From the NCBI GenBank assembly GCA_964636545.1, contig CAZWSR010000010.1, positions 1 through 25,694 on the forward strand: DNA of 25,694 nucleotides, written 5' to 3'. A model generated the notes under the pieces. That model was not told the origin of the DNA. It did no database searches and worked only from the letters and a program-made list of their open reading frames with translations. Shown here piece after piece: positions 1 to 7,935 of the stretch. How positions within the stretch are numbered: the first letter of the stretch is position 1; each line of letters opens with the position of its first letter. Both the position numbers and the translations under genes were made by a program. Source of the DNA: Candidatus Undinarchaeota archaeon. GTDB taxonomy: Archaea > Undinarchaeota > Undinarchaeia > Undinarchaeales > UBA543.

Positions 1-66
1 ATGTCTAAACTCCTCTTCTGCTTTGTTCAAATATTCTTTCTCTTTTCTTTTTGCTTGAGACGCCAT
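1..66 (-). CDS. N-terminal fragment of a hypothetical protein running off the window edge
   Basis: ATG at 66 reads MASQAKRKEKEYLNKAEEEFRH with no stop before position 1; TATA-like TTATAAA at about 89-95 on the minus strand. Confidence 0.5.
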   Translation of the reverse strand, partial: MASQAKRKEKEYLNKAEEEFRH

Positions 67-102
67 TGAAATATTAAAGTACTCAGAACTTTATAACCCC
101 AC

Positions 103-435
103 TTATACTCTAACTTTCTCAGCCAAACTTTTCTCAGTGTGCTGGAAAAGCATAACATCGTAAAGTTTCACCAATTGCTTTGCAACTGGGTTTTCTAGAT
201 TTAATGTGTATAATTTTGCTTGTCCGATATTGCGAGTATGCTTCACAAGCTCTGCATTTTCAAAATAATGCCAGATTCTATGCAAAGTTGCCCATCCTAT
301 ATTGGAATTGCGAGTTATGTCAGACAAGGAGTAATCCAGCCCCTTTCCACCAATTAAAAACTCCAGAACCTTGATTACTGGCGTGTTGCCAAGTGCGTCA
401 CTGAAAAACTTTTTTTCTTCCATTAAATATTCCAT
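103..435 (-). CDS. Winged helix-turn-helix protein (ArsR/MarR-like), possible antitoxin or regulator; start may be the second ATG at 423
   Basis: PVIKVLEFL...YSLSDITRNSNIGWATLHRIW...LVKHTRNIGQAKLYTLN fits an HTH plus wing; AGGAGG precedes the start region. Confidence 0.8.
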   Translation of the reverse strand: MEYLMEEKKFFSDALGNTPVIKVLEFLIGGKGLDYSLSDITRNSNIGWATLHRIWHYFENAELVKHTRNIGQAKLYTLNLENPVAKQLVKLYDVMLFQHTEKSLAEKVRV

Positions 436-749
436 TATCTTTCCTCCTTATAAAACTTCCCATTTTGGTATAGTGATGTATCATAATAACTAATACCCAG
501 AAAATGGTAAATCTCCTTTTTCTTCCTTGGATTCAAAGAAACATGTAACTCATTAGTCTTTTTCATTCTCAAAATAAAACCAAGATTATATAATTCCTTT
601 ACAGCAGTGCGAACTCTTTTCGTCCCAATACTATGTCTTGGAAGAATTTTAAGCATATTCCGCTCTTCAGTATGACAACCTCCCCATTTCGGCGGCTTGA
701 ACTCCATTAAATTTTTCAATAATCTGTCTTGAATTGATTTCTTGTCCAT
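435..749 (-). CDS. Small basic hypothetical protein, probably wHTH-like, coupled to the downstream wHTH gene
   Basis: Motifs WGGCHT..NML, AVKELYNLGFI and HVSLNPRK; 1-nt stop/start overlap with 103..435. Confidence 0.7.
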   Translation of the reverse strand: MDKKSIQDRLLKNLMEFKPPKWGGCHTEERNMLKILPRHSIGTKRVRTAVKELYNLGFILRMKKTNELHVSLNPRKKKEIYHFLGISYYDTSLYQNGKFYKEER

Positions 750-886
750 AAAAAACGAAGCTAATTTATTATTTATAAAATTTCACCAACTGGGGTGAGT
801 TTATGGGGTGTGCTGATTCTGATTTATAACTCCACCGCCCCCCAATCCGAAATCTTTTTAAAATAACAACATAAAGGGTTGTAACA

Positions 887-1474
887 ATGAGTAAAGAACT
901 TGTTTTAAAAAAAGTAGAAGGAAAAATACTATCTCACTTATATCCTTATAGATTTTTATTAGCAAAACAGCCTAAAAAATATCCTGCAGAAATTAGTAAG
1001 AACTACATGAAATCAAAAGGCATGCTTGGAACAAGAAATCAAAATTATATAAAGAATCTGGAACAAAGAGGACTTGTTGTAGAAAAAAATGAAAAACTTA
1101 GTCCAGATGGGCGAAATAGTAGATATGTCAAAAACCTAAAAAGGCGTTATATTATTTTATTAATAACAAGCAAAGGTGTAGCAATAGTTGAAAGATTGAA
1201 AAGTGGAGAGAAACAGATTACAAGAAAAAAACGTGGTAGAAAGAAAGAAGTAACAGACCTTTTGTATTTAGTCCTCGTCCATATACGTGCAAAAGAAGAT
1301 GGGGCAATGCTACGAAAGGAAATTTCTGATGTTCTTGACCTAAACCACAAGAAAACAAATTACATCATAAACGCACTAGTAGATGAAAAACTAGTTACAA
1401 AAGAAAAGATATTAGAAAATAGCCCCCTTATTTTCAAAATAACTCCAAAAGGTCGGAAAATGGCAGAAGAATAA
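887..1474 (+). CDS. Tandem winged-helix (MarR-like) DNA-binding protein
   Basis: Two units ending in MarR-type wing motifs (YIKNLEQRGLV...LLITSKG and YIINALVDEKLV...FKITPKG); very basic. Confidence 0.75.
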   Translation: MSKELVLKKVEGKILSHLYPYRFLLAKQPKKYPAEISKNYMKSKGMLGTRNQNYIKNLEQRGLVVEKNEKLSPDGRNSRYVKNLKRRYIILLITSKGVAIVERLKSGEKQITRKKRGRKKEVTDLLYLVLVHIRAKEDGAMLRKEISDVLDLNHKKTNYIINALVDEKLVTKEKILENSPLIFKITPKGRKMAEE

Positions 1475-1549
1475 TCCAAACTAAGGGCATAATTAAAACT
1501 CCTCAACCGCCCCAACATCTTTAAATAACTCTACTAATTACTCAATCCT

Positions 1550-2362
1550 ATGAATTCGAAAATATTTGCAATTTTCATAATACTCCTGCTTATTTTTGCA
1601 GCAGGATGCACAGTAAAAGTCGGCCCTGAAGCAGAAACTGATGAAGTTGGTGAAGAGGCAGTAGGTAGTGGGCAGGAGGCAGTAGGCTCTGAAACTCCAA
1701 ACTCCACACTCCAAACTCCAAACTCTGAACAAACTGAAACAACTGACTGCAGTGCTCTCTGGCTCAACTACAAACAACATGTTGCAGATGGTTTCAGCCA
1801 CACAGCAGCCGTTGCATTAACTGATCCTTGCGTTAACTCATACACCCCAACTGCAGCAGAATTAGCACAAGCAGAAGCAGGAACAACGCCGCCTTCTTCC
1901 GGTTCTTCAAGTTCTTCTTCAGCACCATTAACTGAAAGCACAACAGAATTCTTAGAATATCTAAATGCAAACATATACACAACTTTCTCTGATCTTCCTG
2001 AAAGAATCCTTTTAGTTAAAAAATCAACTGACTCTGCAACTCTTACATACAGTACTAGCAACCGCGATCCAAGTCAAGAATCAGTTTACTTGTGCGGCGT
2101 TCTTCTTATGCATTACTCAGACATTGATGAAGTAAATGTAACTGGATACAATGCAGAAAACAAAGAAATGGAAGCTGCTAAGAAAACTTTCAAGAGAAGC
2201 AAGTTCAATTTCAATAATTACAAAACTTGGTTCCCAGACTATGTTTATGATGAATGTGAAGGCGATGACGATTGTGCTGACAACAATGACTGCACAAAAG
2301 ACCTTTGCAAAGAGAACAAGTGCTATAACTCAAAAATAGTCAACACTGGATGCCCAGCTTAA
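1550..2362 (+). CDS. Secreted lipoprotein with low-complexity linker and C-terminal Cys-rich module
   Basis: Signal peptide with lipobox-like FAAG-C; Ser/Thr/Glu linker; C-terminal C-x5-C-x5-C-x4-C-x4-C pattern (CEGDDDCADNNDCTKDLCKENKC). Confidence 0.8.
   Translation: MNSKIFAIFIILLLIFAAGCTVKVGPEAETDEVGEEAVGSGQEAVGSETPNSTLQTPNSEQTETTDCSALWLNYKQHVADGFSHTAAVALTDPCVNSYTPTAAELAQAEAGTTPPSSGSSSSSSAPLTESTTEFLEYLNANIYTTFSDLPERILLVKKSTDSATLTYSTSNRDPSQESVYLCGVLLMHYSDIDEVNVTGYNAENKEMEAAKKTFKRSKFNFNNYKTWFPDYVYDECEGDDDCADNNDCTKDLCKENKCYNSKIVNTGCPA
1657..1726 (+). repeat. Heptamer tandem repeats within the lipoprotein CDS
   Basis: ggcagta ggtagtg ggcagga ggcagta, then aaactcc aaactcc acactcc aaactcc aaactct; 1665-1686 is identical to 6494-6515. 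Confidence 0.85.
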
Positions 2363-2845
2363 ATGGAAAACAAAGTAATCCTTGACACCTCGGTACTTAT
2401 GATCCCTGGCAGAAACACTTCTCGCGATATTTTCTTTGAATTACTCAAACTTCTTGGAAATTTTGAAGCAATTGTGCCAAGCTATGTTATTGCTGAACTG
2501 CAAGGAATTGTGGATAATAATAAAAAATCCAGAAAAGTCCGTGATGCAGCTAAAATCGGGCTTGGTTTAACTGAAAAACTAGCTGCTGAGCGAGAACTTG
2601 AGAAAGCAGCACGCACTGGTCTAAAGAAAGCTGTTGTTCCTGGTTTTGTTTATGATTTGCATATTGAAGAAGCACACAAGTCAATGAAAACAGTTGATGA
2701 CTCATTAATTGACTTTTCAATGAAACTAGGAGCAAGATTATGCACTTCTGATAAAGGTTTGCTGAAAAAAGCTGAAGCAAAAGGTTTGAATGTGCTGTTT
2801 ATTGGTGCTTTGAAGTATCCGAAGCGGAGTAGAACAAAAAAGTAA
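2363..2845 (+). CDS. PIN-domain nuclease (Fcf1/Utp24-like)
   Basis: VILDTSVLM, VIAEL, VDDSL and LCTSDKGL PIN acidic motifs; usual position upstream of rpoE1. Confidence 0.85.
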   Translation: MENKVILDTSVLMIPGRNTSRDIFFELLKLLGNFEAIVPSYVIAELQGIVDNNKKSRKVRDAAKIGLGLTEKLAAERELEKAARTGLKKAVVPGFVYDLHIEEAHKSMKTVDDSLIDFSMKLGARLCTSDKGLLKKAEAKGLNVLFIGALKYPKRSRTKK

Positions 2846-2895
2846 TCTATATATACTAATTTAGAAGAGACACTATAATCTTAGGGGAGAATAAA

Positions 2896-4878
2896 ATGAA
2901 TTTACTAAATCTTATAGCACCATCTGGCGCAATTATTGCTCTTGTATTTGCGGTCATACTAGTCCGCGAAATCAAGAGACAAAGCCCAGGCAATCCTAAA
3001 ATGGTTGACCTGGCTGAAAAAATCAAAACTGGCGCATCAACGTACTTGAAACGTCAGTACATGACACTCTCAGTTTTCGTAATTATTGTAGCTGGTGTTC
3101 TGTTTTTCCTTATTGCAAGACTTACAGCACTCGCTTTTGTAATCGGTGCTCTATCTTCTGCTTTTGCAGGATACACTGGCATGATGGTTGCAACAACTGC
3201 TAATGTTAGAACAACTCAAGCAGCAAAATCAAGTTTGCACAAAGCACTCAGAATAGCATTCTCAAGCGGATCTGTAATGGGGCTCACAGTAGTCGGTCTT
3301 GGCCTACTTGGTGTAACTCTACTTTACACATTTTTCGGAGATATTTCAATGTTGTTCGGATTCGGTTTCGGAGCAAGTTCAGTAGCACTATTCGCAAGAG
3401 TTGGCGGTGGAATTTTCACAAAATCAGCTGATGTTGGTGCAGACCTTGTTGGTAAAGTTGAAGCTGGGATTCCAGAAGATGATCCACGAAATCCTGCAGT
3501 TATTGCAGACAATGTTGGAGACAATGTTGGAGATGTTGCTGGAATGGGTGCTGACCTTTTCGAATCTTATGTTGATTCAATAATTGCTGCAATGGCACTC
3601 GGTGTTGTTGGTGTAACATTCGGCGCACTTCAGCTAACTGCAAATACAGCAATTCTTCTTCCAATGCTCTTGGCAGGAATCGGTATCATCTGTTCTGTTT
3701 TCGGAAGTTTCCTAGTTCTATCAATGAAAAATGGAAAACCACAAAATGTAATGAATATGGGAATTTTCGCAAGTGCTGGTTTAACTGCAGTTGTCTCATT
3801 CTTTGCAATTTGGTATCTAACTGGAACTTATCACTTGTTCATTTCATTAATTGCTGGTCTAGCATCCGGCCTCGGAATCGGAATGGCTACAGAATATTAC
3901 ACTTCTGACAGCAAAAAGCCAGTTCAGAGCATTGCACTTGCTTCAAAAATGGGCTCAGCAACCAACATCATAACTGGTCTTTCAGTTGGTATGTTCAGCA
4001 CAGTCATTCCAGTACTCCTTGTTGTTGCTGCAATACTTGTTTCATTCAACTTCGGCGGTATTTATGGAATCGCAATTGCTGCTGTTGGTATGCTTTCAAC
4101 ACTTGGAATAACTCTCGCATCTGACACATACGGCCCAGTCGCTGACAATGCAGCTGGAATTGCTGAAATGGCAAAAGTCGGTGCAGTAGTTCGAAAACGC
4201 ACAGAACAATTGGATGCAGTTGGAAACACAACTGCTGCAATAGGCAAAGGGTTTGCAATTGGTTCAGCTGCACTCACCGCACTTGCATTATTTGTAACAT
4301 ATGCAGAAACAGTTGGTCTTAGCACAATAAACTTATTAGTTCCAAAAGTCGTGGTCGGCTTATTCCTAGGCGCTCTTCTTCCATATTTGTTCTCAGCATT
4401 TGCAATGAGGGCAGTTGGAAACGCAGCAATGTCAATTGTTGAAGAAGTTCGCAGACAATTCAAGCAAATTAAAGGTTTGATGTCTGGAAAAGCAGAAGCT
4501 GACTATGTCCGATGTATTGATATCAGCACAAAAGCAGCACTCAGAGAAATGCTTCTTCCAAGCTTTATTGCAGTTCTTTCACCAATTGCAGTTGGTCTTA
4601 CACTCGGAGTTGAAGCTCTTGGTGGCTTGCTTGCCGGAGCAGTAGCTTCTGGTTTCTTGCTTGCTATTTTGATGTCAAACTCTGGCGGTGCTTGGGACAA
4701 TGCAAAGAAATACATTGAAGCTGGAAATCTTGGTGGAAAAGGCTCAGATGTTCACAAGAACGCAGTTGTTGGGGACACAGTCGGAGATCCATTCAAGGAC
4801 ACTGCAGGACCTGCATTAAACATCTTAATCAAGTTAATGTCCATAATCGCTTTGGTATTCATACCATTGTTCCTTTAG
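2896..4878 (+). CDS. hppA: Membrane-bound K+-dependent ion-translocating pyrophosphatase, probably Na+-pumping
   Basis: Multi-TM protein with [29 protein letters not shown] and DTVGDPFKD; GNTTAAIG has the Ala of K+-dependent enzymes; DLFESY has Glu at the Na+-PPase position. Confidence 0.97.
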   Translation: MNLLNLIAPSGAIIALVFAVILVREIKRQSPGNPKMVDLAEKIKTGASTYLKRQYMTLSVFVIIVAGVLFFLIARLTALAFVIGALSSAFAGYTGMMVATTANVRTTQAAKSSLHKALRIAFSSGSVMGLTVVGLGLLGVTLLYTFFGDISMLFGFGFGASSVALFARVGGGIFTKSADVGADLVGKVEAGIPEDDPRNPAVIADNVGDNVGDVAGMGADLFESYVDSIIAAMALGVVGVTFGALQLTANTAILLPMLLAGIGIICSVFGSFLVLSMKNGKPQNVMNMGIFASAGLTAVVSFFAIWYLTGTYHLFISLIAGLASGLGIGMATEYYTSDSKKPVQSIALASKMGSATNIITGLSVGMFSTVIPVLLVVAAILVSFNFGGIYGIAIAAVGMLSTLGITLASDTYGPVADNAAGIAEMAKVGAVVRKRTEQLDAVGNTTAAIGKGFAIGSAALTALALFVTYAETVGLSTINLLVPKVVVGLFLGALLPYLFSAFAMRAVGNAAMSIVEEVRRQFKQIKGLMSGKAEADYVRCIDISTKAALREMLLPSFIAVLSPIAVGLTLGVEALGGLLAGAVASGFLLAILMSNSGGAWDNAKKYIEAGNLGGKGSDVHKNAVVGDTVGDPFKDTAGPALNILIKLMSIIALVFIPLFL

Positions 4879-4959
4879 CGAAACATTTATAACACGACAG
4901 AGGAACAATTTGGTGCTTATCTTAGCTATTATGTTCACTTAAATTGAGGGTTAATAATC

Positions 4960-5577
4960 ATGTATCAAATCGTTGAAATTGAAGACACTGTCCGCGTTGT
5001 TCCTGACAAATTCGGGAACACTCTAGAGGACACACTAAAACAGATTCTAGCTGAAAAGTATGAGAGCAAGCTAGATCGTGATCTGGGTGCTATTGTATCA
5101 ATAACTGAAGTTAAAACTGATGGAATTGGCAAGGTAATACCAGGAGACGGCGCTGCTTTCTACAATGCTACTTTCAAAGCTTTAACTTACAAGCCAGAAC
5201 TACAGGAAGTTGTTGATGGTGAAGTAATTGAAGTTGTGGAGTTCGGTGTTTTTGTACGCCTTGGACCACTTGATGGTCTTGTGCATGTTTCACAAATAAC
5301 TGATGATTATCTAAATTACGATGAAAAAGGAGCACGTTTTGTTGGAAAAGAATCCAAGAAAACAATTGGGCAAGGTGATCTTGTTCGCGCTCGTGTTGTC
5401 ACAATTAGTTTGAAAAAGAGCAAAGAAAACAAGATTGGTCTTACAATGAGGCAGGGCGGTCTTGGAAAATACGATTGGATAGCTGACAATAAAAGTGAAA
5501 AAAAGAAAGCTGACGAGAAAGACAATAAGAAAGACAACAAAAAAGACACTAAAAAGAAGGGGAAATCTAAGAAATGA
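4960..5577 (+). CDS. rpoE1: DNA-directed RNA polymerase subunit E' (Rpo7)
   Basis: GDGAAF, S1 domain FGVFVRLGPLDGLVHVSQI, and KIGLTMRQGGLGK. Confidence 0.97.
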   Translation: MYQIVEIEDTVRVVPDKFGNTLEDTLKQILAEKYESKLDRDLGAIVSITEVKTDGIGKVIPGDGAAFYNATFKALTYKPELQEVVDGEVIEVVEFGVFVRLGPLDGLVHVSQITDDYLNYDEKGARFVGKESKKTIGQGDLVRARVVTISLKKSKENKIGLTMRQGGLGKYDWIADNKSEKKKADEKDNKKDNKKDTKKKGKSKK

Positions 5578-5759
5578 CCAAAAAAGCATGCAAAAGTTGC
5601 AGATTCATAAGTGAAGGACAAGTTTGTCCAATTTGCCAAGGTACTGAGCTTTCTGCTAGATGGCGCGGCCTTGCTGTTATAATTAACCCAGAAAAATCTG
5701 AAGTAGCTAAAAAACTTGAGATTAACCAAAAAGGAGAATATGCATTAATTGTTCAGTGA
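5574..5759 (+). CDS. spt4: Transcription elongation factor Spt4 (RpoE'')
   Basis: ACKSC...CPIC zinc ribbon, WRGLAVIINPEKSEVA, GEYAL; ATGA overlap with rpoE1. Confidence 0.96.
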   Translation: MTKKACKSCRFISEGQVCPICQGTELSARWRGLAVIINPEKSEVAKKLEINQKGEYALIVQ

Positions 5760-5764
5760 TTACT

Positions 5765-6268
5765 ATGGAAATTGAAGAGATTAGTTCAAAAGAAAACCTG
5801 TTCTTGAAAAGGAAAGAACTTGTGCTTAAAGTGACTGGTGAAGGCGCCACTCCAAAGAAGAACGAACTTCTTGACAAGCTTTGTTCACAGTACGATTTGA
5901 AGGACAAGAACCTTGTTGTTATTGAAACTATTAAAACTGTTTTTGGAAAAACTGAATGCGAAGCAATTATCAAAATTTATGAGTCTGAAGAAGCATTAAA
6001 ATCAATTGAACCTCAGCCAAAAAAGACAAAGGATAACACACCTTCTGATGTTCCTGATAATGATGGTCAGATGAAAGTTGATCTTGGAGATGACAAACCA
6101 GCTGAAAAGAAAGAAGAAGCTCCAGCTGAAAAGAAAGAAGAGCCAAAACCTGAAGAGAAACCAGCAGAAGCCCCAAAAGAAGAGGAGAAGAACAATGTCC
6201 AGACCTCAAAATCTGATACTGGACAAGTCTTGAAGCAAGAGAAGTCTGACAAGCTTCAAGAGGAGTGA
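5765..6268 (+). CDS. rps24e: 30S ribosomal protein S24e with long acidic C-terminal extension
   Basis: KENLFLKRKE, GATP, IKTVFG and KIYES..LKSIEP; operon position. ATG 5765 chosen over GTG 5756. Confidence 0.92.
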   Translation: MEIEEISSKENLFLKRKELVLKVTGEGATPKKNELLDKLCSQYDLKDKNLVVIETIKTVFGKTECEAIIKIYESEEALKSIEPQPKKTKDNTPSDVPDNDGQMKVDLGDDKPAEKKEEAPAEKKEEPKPEEKPAEAPKEEEKNNVQTSKSDTGQVLKQEKSDKLQEE

Positions 6269-6273
6269 TTTAA

Positions 6274-6612
6274 ATGGCAGAAGAACAGAAAAAACAAACT
6301 GGAAAAAAGAGAAATTACAAGGGAAAATTCAATTTCTATGAAGTCAAAGGCGAAACAGTAGAGCGCAAGAACAAAGTTTGTCCAAAATGCGGACCAGGCG
6401 CTTTTCTAGCAATTCACAAAGACAGATTATCTTGCGGTGGTTGCGGTTATACTGAACCAACTGGCGCTGCACCTGCAGAAAACAGGGCAGAATGTAGTGG
6501 GCAGGAGGCAGTAGGTGATAAAGAACCTCAAACCCCAAACCCAAAACCCCAAACCTCTGAAAAAGAAGCTCCAAAAGAAGAAAAGAAAGAACCAGAAGAA
6601 AAGAAAGAATAG
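6274..6612 (+). CDS. rps27ae: 30S ribosomal protein S27ae with C-terminal extension
   Basis: [26 protein letters not shown] zinc ribbon. Confidence 0.96.
   Translation: MAEEQKKQTGKKRNYKGKFNFYEVKGETVERKNKVCPKCGPGAFLAIHKDRLSCGGCGYTEPTGAAPAENRAECSGQEAVGDKEPQTPNPKPQTSEKEAPKEEKKEPEEKKE
6486..6557 (+). repeat. Heptamer tandem repeats within the rps27ae extension
   Basis: ggcagaa tgtagtg ggcagga ggcagta, then gaacctc aaacccc aaaccca aaacccc aaacctc. Confidence 0.85.
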
Positions 6613-6613
6613 T

Positions 6614-6964
6614 TCAATCTACTAAATCTCTTAACACATCTACAATAGCCACTGTGGGTGCTATGTAAATCATATTATTTATGAAAACTCGTCCTAACCA
6701 TGAAGCAGGGAAACTGTAGAGTGTTTTTAACATTAAAAGTGCAAAAATCGAAGTAAACATACCAATTATCATTCCAAGTGGATTCATTCCAAGCATCATG
6801 TTAATGAATTGAACAAAGAACAGCATTGCTGAAAACGCTACTAATATTCCTAATGAAACTGGACGTCCAGTAGCTAACATAAATGTCAACACAATTGCAC
6901 TTATTACAAAAATTCCTCTAACAATTAATCCAGGAACTGTGATGTGAGCTTTATTATTTTTCAT
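6614..6964 (-). CDS. Hypothetical small multi-pass membrane protein
   Basis: Three to four hydrophobic segments; overlaps the 3' end of the DtxR-family gene, so likely co-transcribed. Confidence 0.75.
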   Translation of the reverse strand: MKNNKAHITVPGLIVRGIFVISAIVLTFMLATGRPVSLGILVAFSAMLFFVQFINMMLGMNPLGMIIGMFTSIFALLMLKTLYSFPASWLGRVFINNMIYIAPTVAIVDVLRDLVD

Positions 6965-7319
6965 TCAGAAACCTCGCTAATTTGTTTATTGTGCTTCCTG
7001 AAAGTGCGTGTTCTATTTTGCATGCTTCTCTGTGCGCCTGCTTTGGGTCTACTCCTAATTTTTTTATTAAAAATTCTTCAGAAATTTCGTGATTGTGCTT
7101 TATCTTCTTGCCAATCTCTCGTCCTTTGGTTGTTAGTTTGATGTCTTGGTATGGGGCATATTCAATTAATTTATCTTTTTTTAGTTTTGTTAATGCTTGA
7201 GAAACATTTCCTTTTGTGGTTTTTAGCTCATCTGCTATTGTTTTTGTTCGAATTTTCTCTCCACTCTGATCTAACTGATAAAACAATTCCATATATTCTT
7301 CAAGATTTTCTTTATTCAT
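6954..7319 (-). CDS. DtxR/MntR-family metal-dependent transcriptional regulator (no FeoA domain)
   Basis: EEYMELFY, IADEL...VSQAL, LTTKG, HEISEEFL and EACKIEH metal ligands. ATG 7319 chosen from TATA spacing. Confidence 0.93.
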   Translation of the reverse strand: MNKENLEEYMELFYQLDQSGEKIRTKTIADELKTTKGNVSQALTKLKKDKLIEYAPYQDIKLTTKGREIGKKIKHNHEISEEFLIKKLGVDPKQAHREACKIEHALSGSTINKLARFLNEK

Positions 7320-7324
7320 TAAAT

Positions 7325-7342
7325 TGTTTAGCATACTAAACA
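7325..7342. promoter_or_regulatory. Probable DtxR/MntR operator (autoregulatory)
   Basis: Perfect palindrome TGTTTAG-cata-CTAAACA between TATA box (7343-7349) and ATG; TTAG-N-CTAA cores are typical of DtxR-family sites. Confidence 0.7.
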
Positions 7343-7377
7343 TTTATAAGCTTTATGGAAAATTGAATTGTAATATC

Positions 7378-7472
7378 TGCGGAGAAAGGGTGTGTGCAGT
7401 GGGCAGCCGAATTTCCCCCTGAGGATTTTTGCCACCCACTGCGAGACGGTAACCGCTAATTAAAGCAGGTTA
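7378..7472. ncRNA. Candidate structured RNA of unknown class (copy 1)
   Basis: GC-rich intergenic island; stem GCAGTGGG 7396-7403 / CCCACTGC 7435-7442; stem TAACC/GGTTA; four blocks shared with 19999-20062. Confidence 0.5.
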
Positions 7473-7487
7473 AGTATGATTTGTTTG

Positions 7488-7718
7488 TTATTCTGCAACA
7501 AGTAATGTTTGAGTTTTTACTAATTCTGGGATTTGTCGTACTTTATCCAGGATTATTGTATTCAATATTTCTTCAGTATCAGCACTTATCTTTGCAATTA
7601 TGTCAAATTTACCAAACACAATATGAGCTTCTTGAACTCCGTTTATATTGTTCAACTGATCTACAGTTGCTTTCTCTGTATTTGGGCTTATTTGTCCAAG
7701 GATATAAGCATTAATCAT
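7488..7718 (-). CDS. Stand-alone Lrp/AsnC ligand-binding (RAM) domain protein
   Basis: AYILG...GVQEAHIVFGKFDIIAKI...TQTLLV with no HTH; ATG 7718. Confidence 0.88.
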   Translation of the reverse strand: MINAYILGQISPNTEKATVDQLNNINGVQEAHIVFGKFDIIAKISADTEEILNTIILDKVRQIPELVKTQTLLVAE

Positions 7719-7935
7719 TATCCATTCCCGTAAGTTATACAACTTCTTACTTATTGTTCATATATATAGTTTACTTCAGCTTGTATTTTCTGAATAATAT
7801 TCAGCTTTTTCATCAATTTTTTAAATTTTCTTCGTGTTTTCCCTGTTTTCGAATTAGTTTTATGAATAATATCTCTCTTTTTTATTACCTATTAAACATT
7901 AATTATATATATGCCAAGTTTTGTAAATATTACCT

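Noticed and set aside
1534-1801. Antisense ORFs with VWSVEFGV or CLLPTTYC periodic peptides, and other short shadow ORFs in the track
   Set aside because: By-products of heptamer repeats or of codon bias on the coding strand; they overlap well-supported genes.
3508-3533. 12-nt tandem repeat in hppA
   Set aside because: Encodes the conserved DNVGDNVGD catalytic motif.
5518-5553. 12-nt tandem repeat at the end of rpoE1
   Set aside because: Simple KDNK-type low-complexity tail; not related to the heptamer family.
7378-7472. Assignment as hammerhead, twister, yybP-ykoY, fluoride or TPP element, or 5S rRNA
   Set aside because: Only isolated sub-motifs match (CTGAGGA, GCGAGAC, AACCGC); required cores such as GAAA plus stems, GGGGAGTAGC or GATGG are missing or out of order.
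7751-7890. Open Lys-rich frame on the minus strand and ORF 7754..7939 on the plus strand
   Set aside because: No convincing start or family motif; the region is better explained as the AT-rich divergent Lrp promoter.
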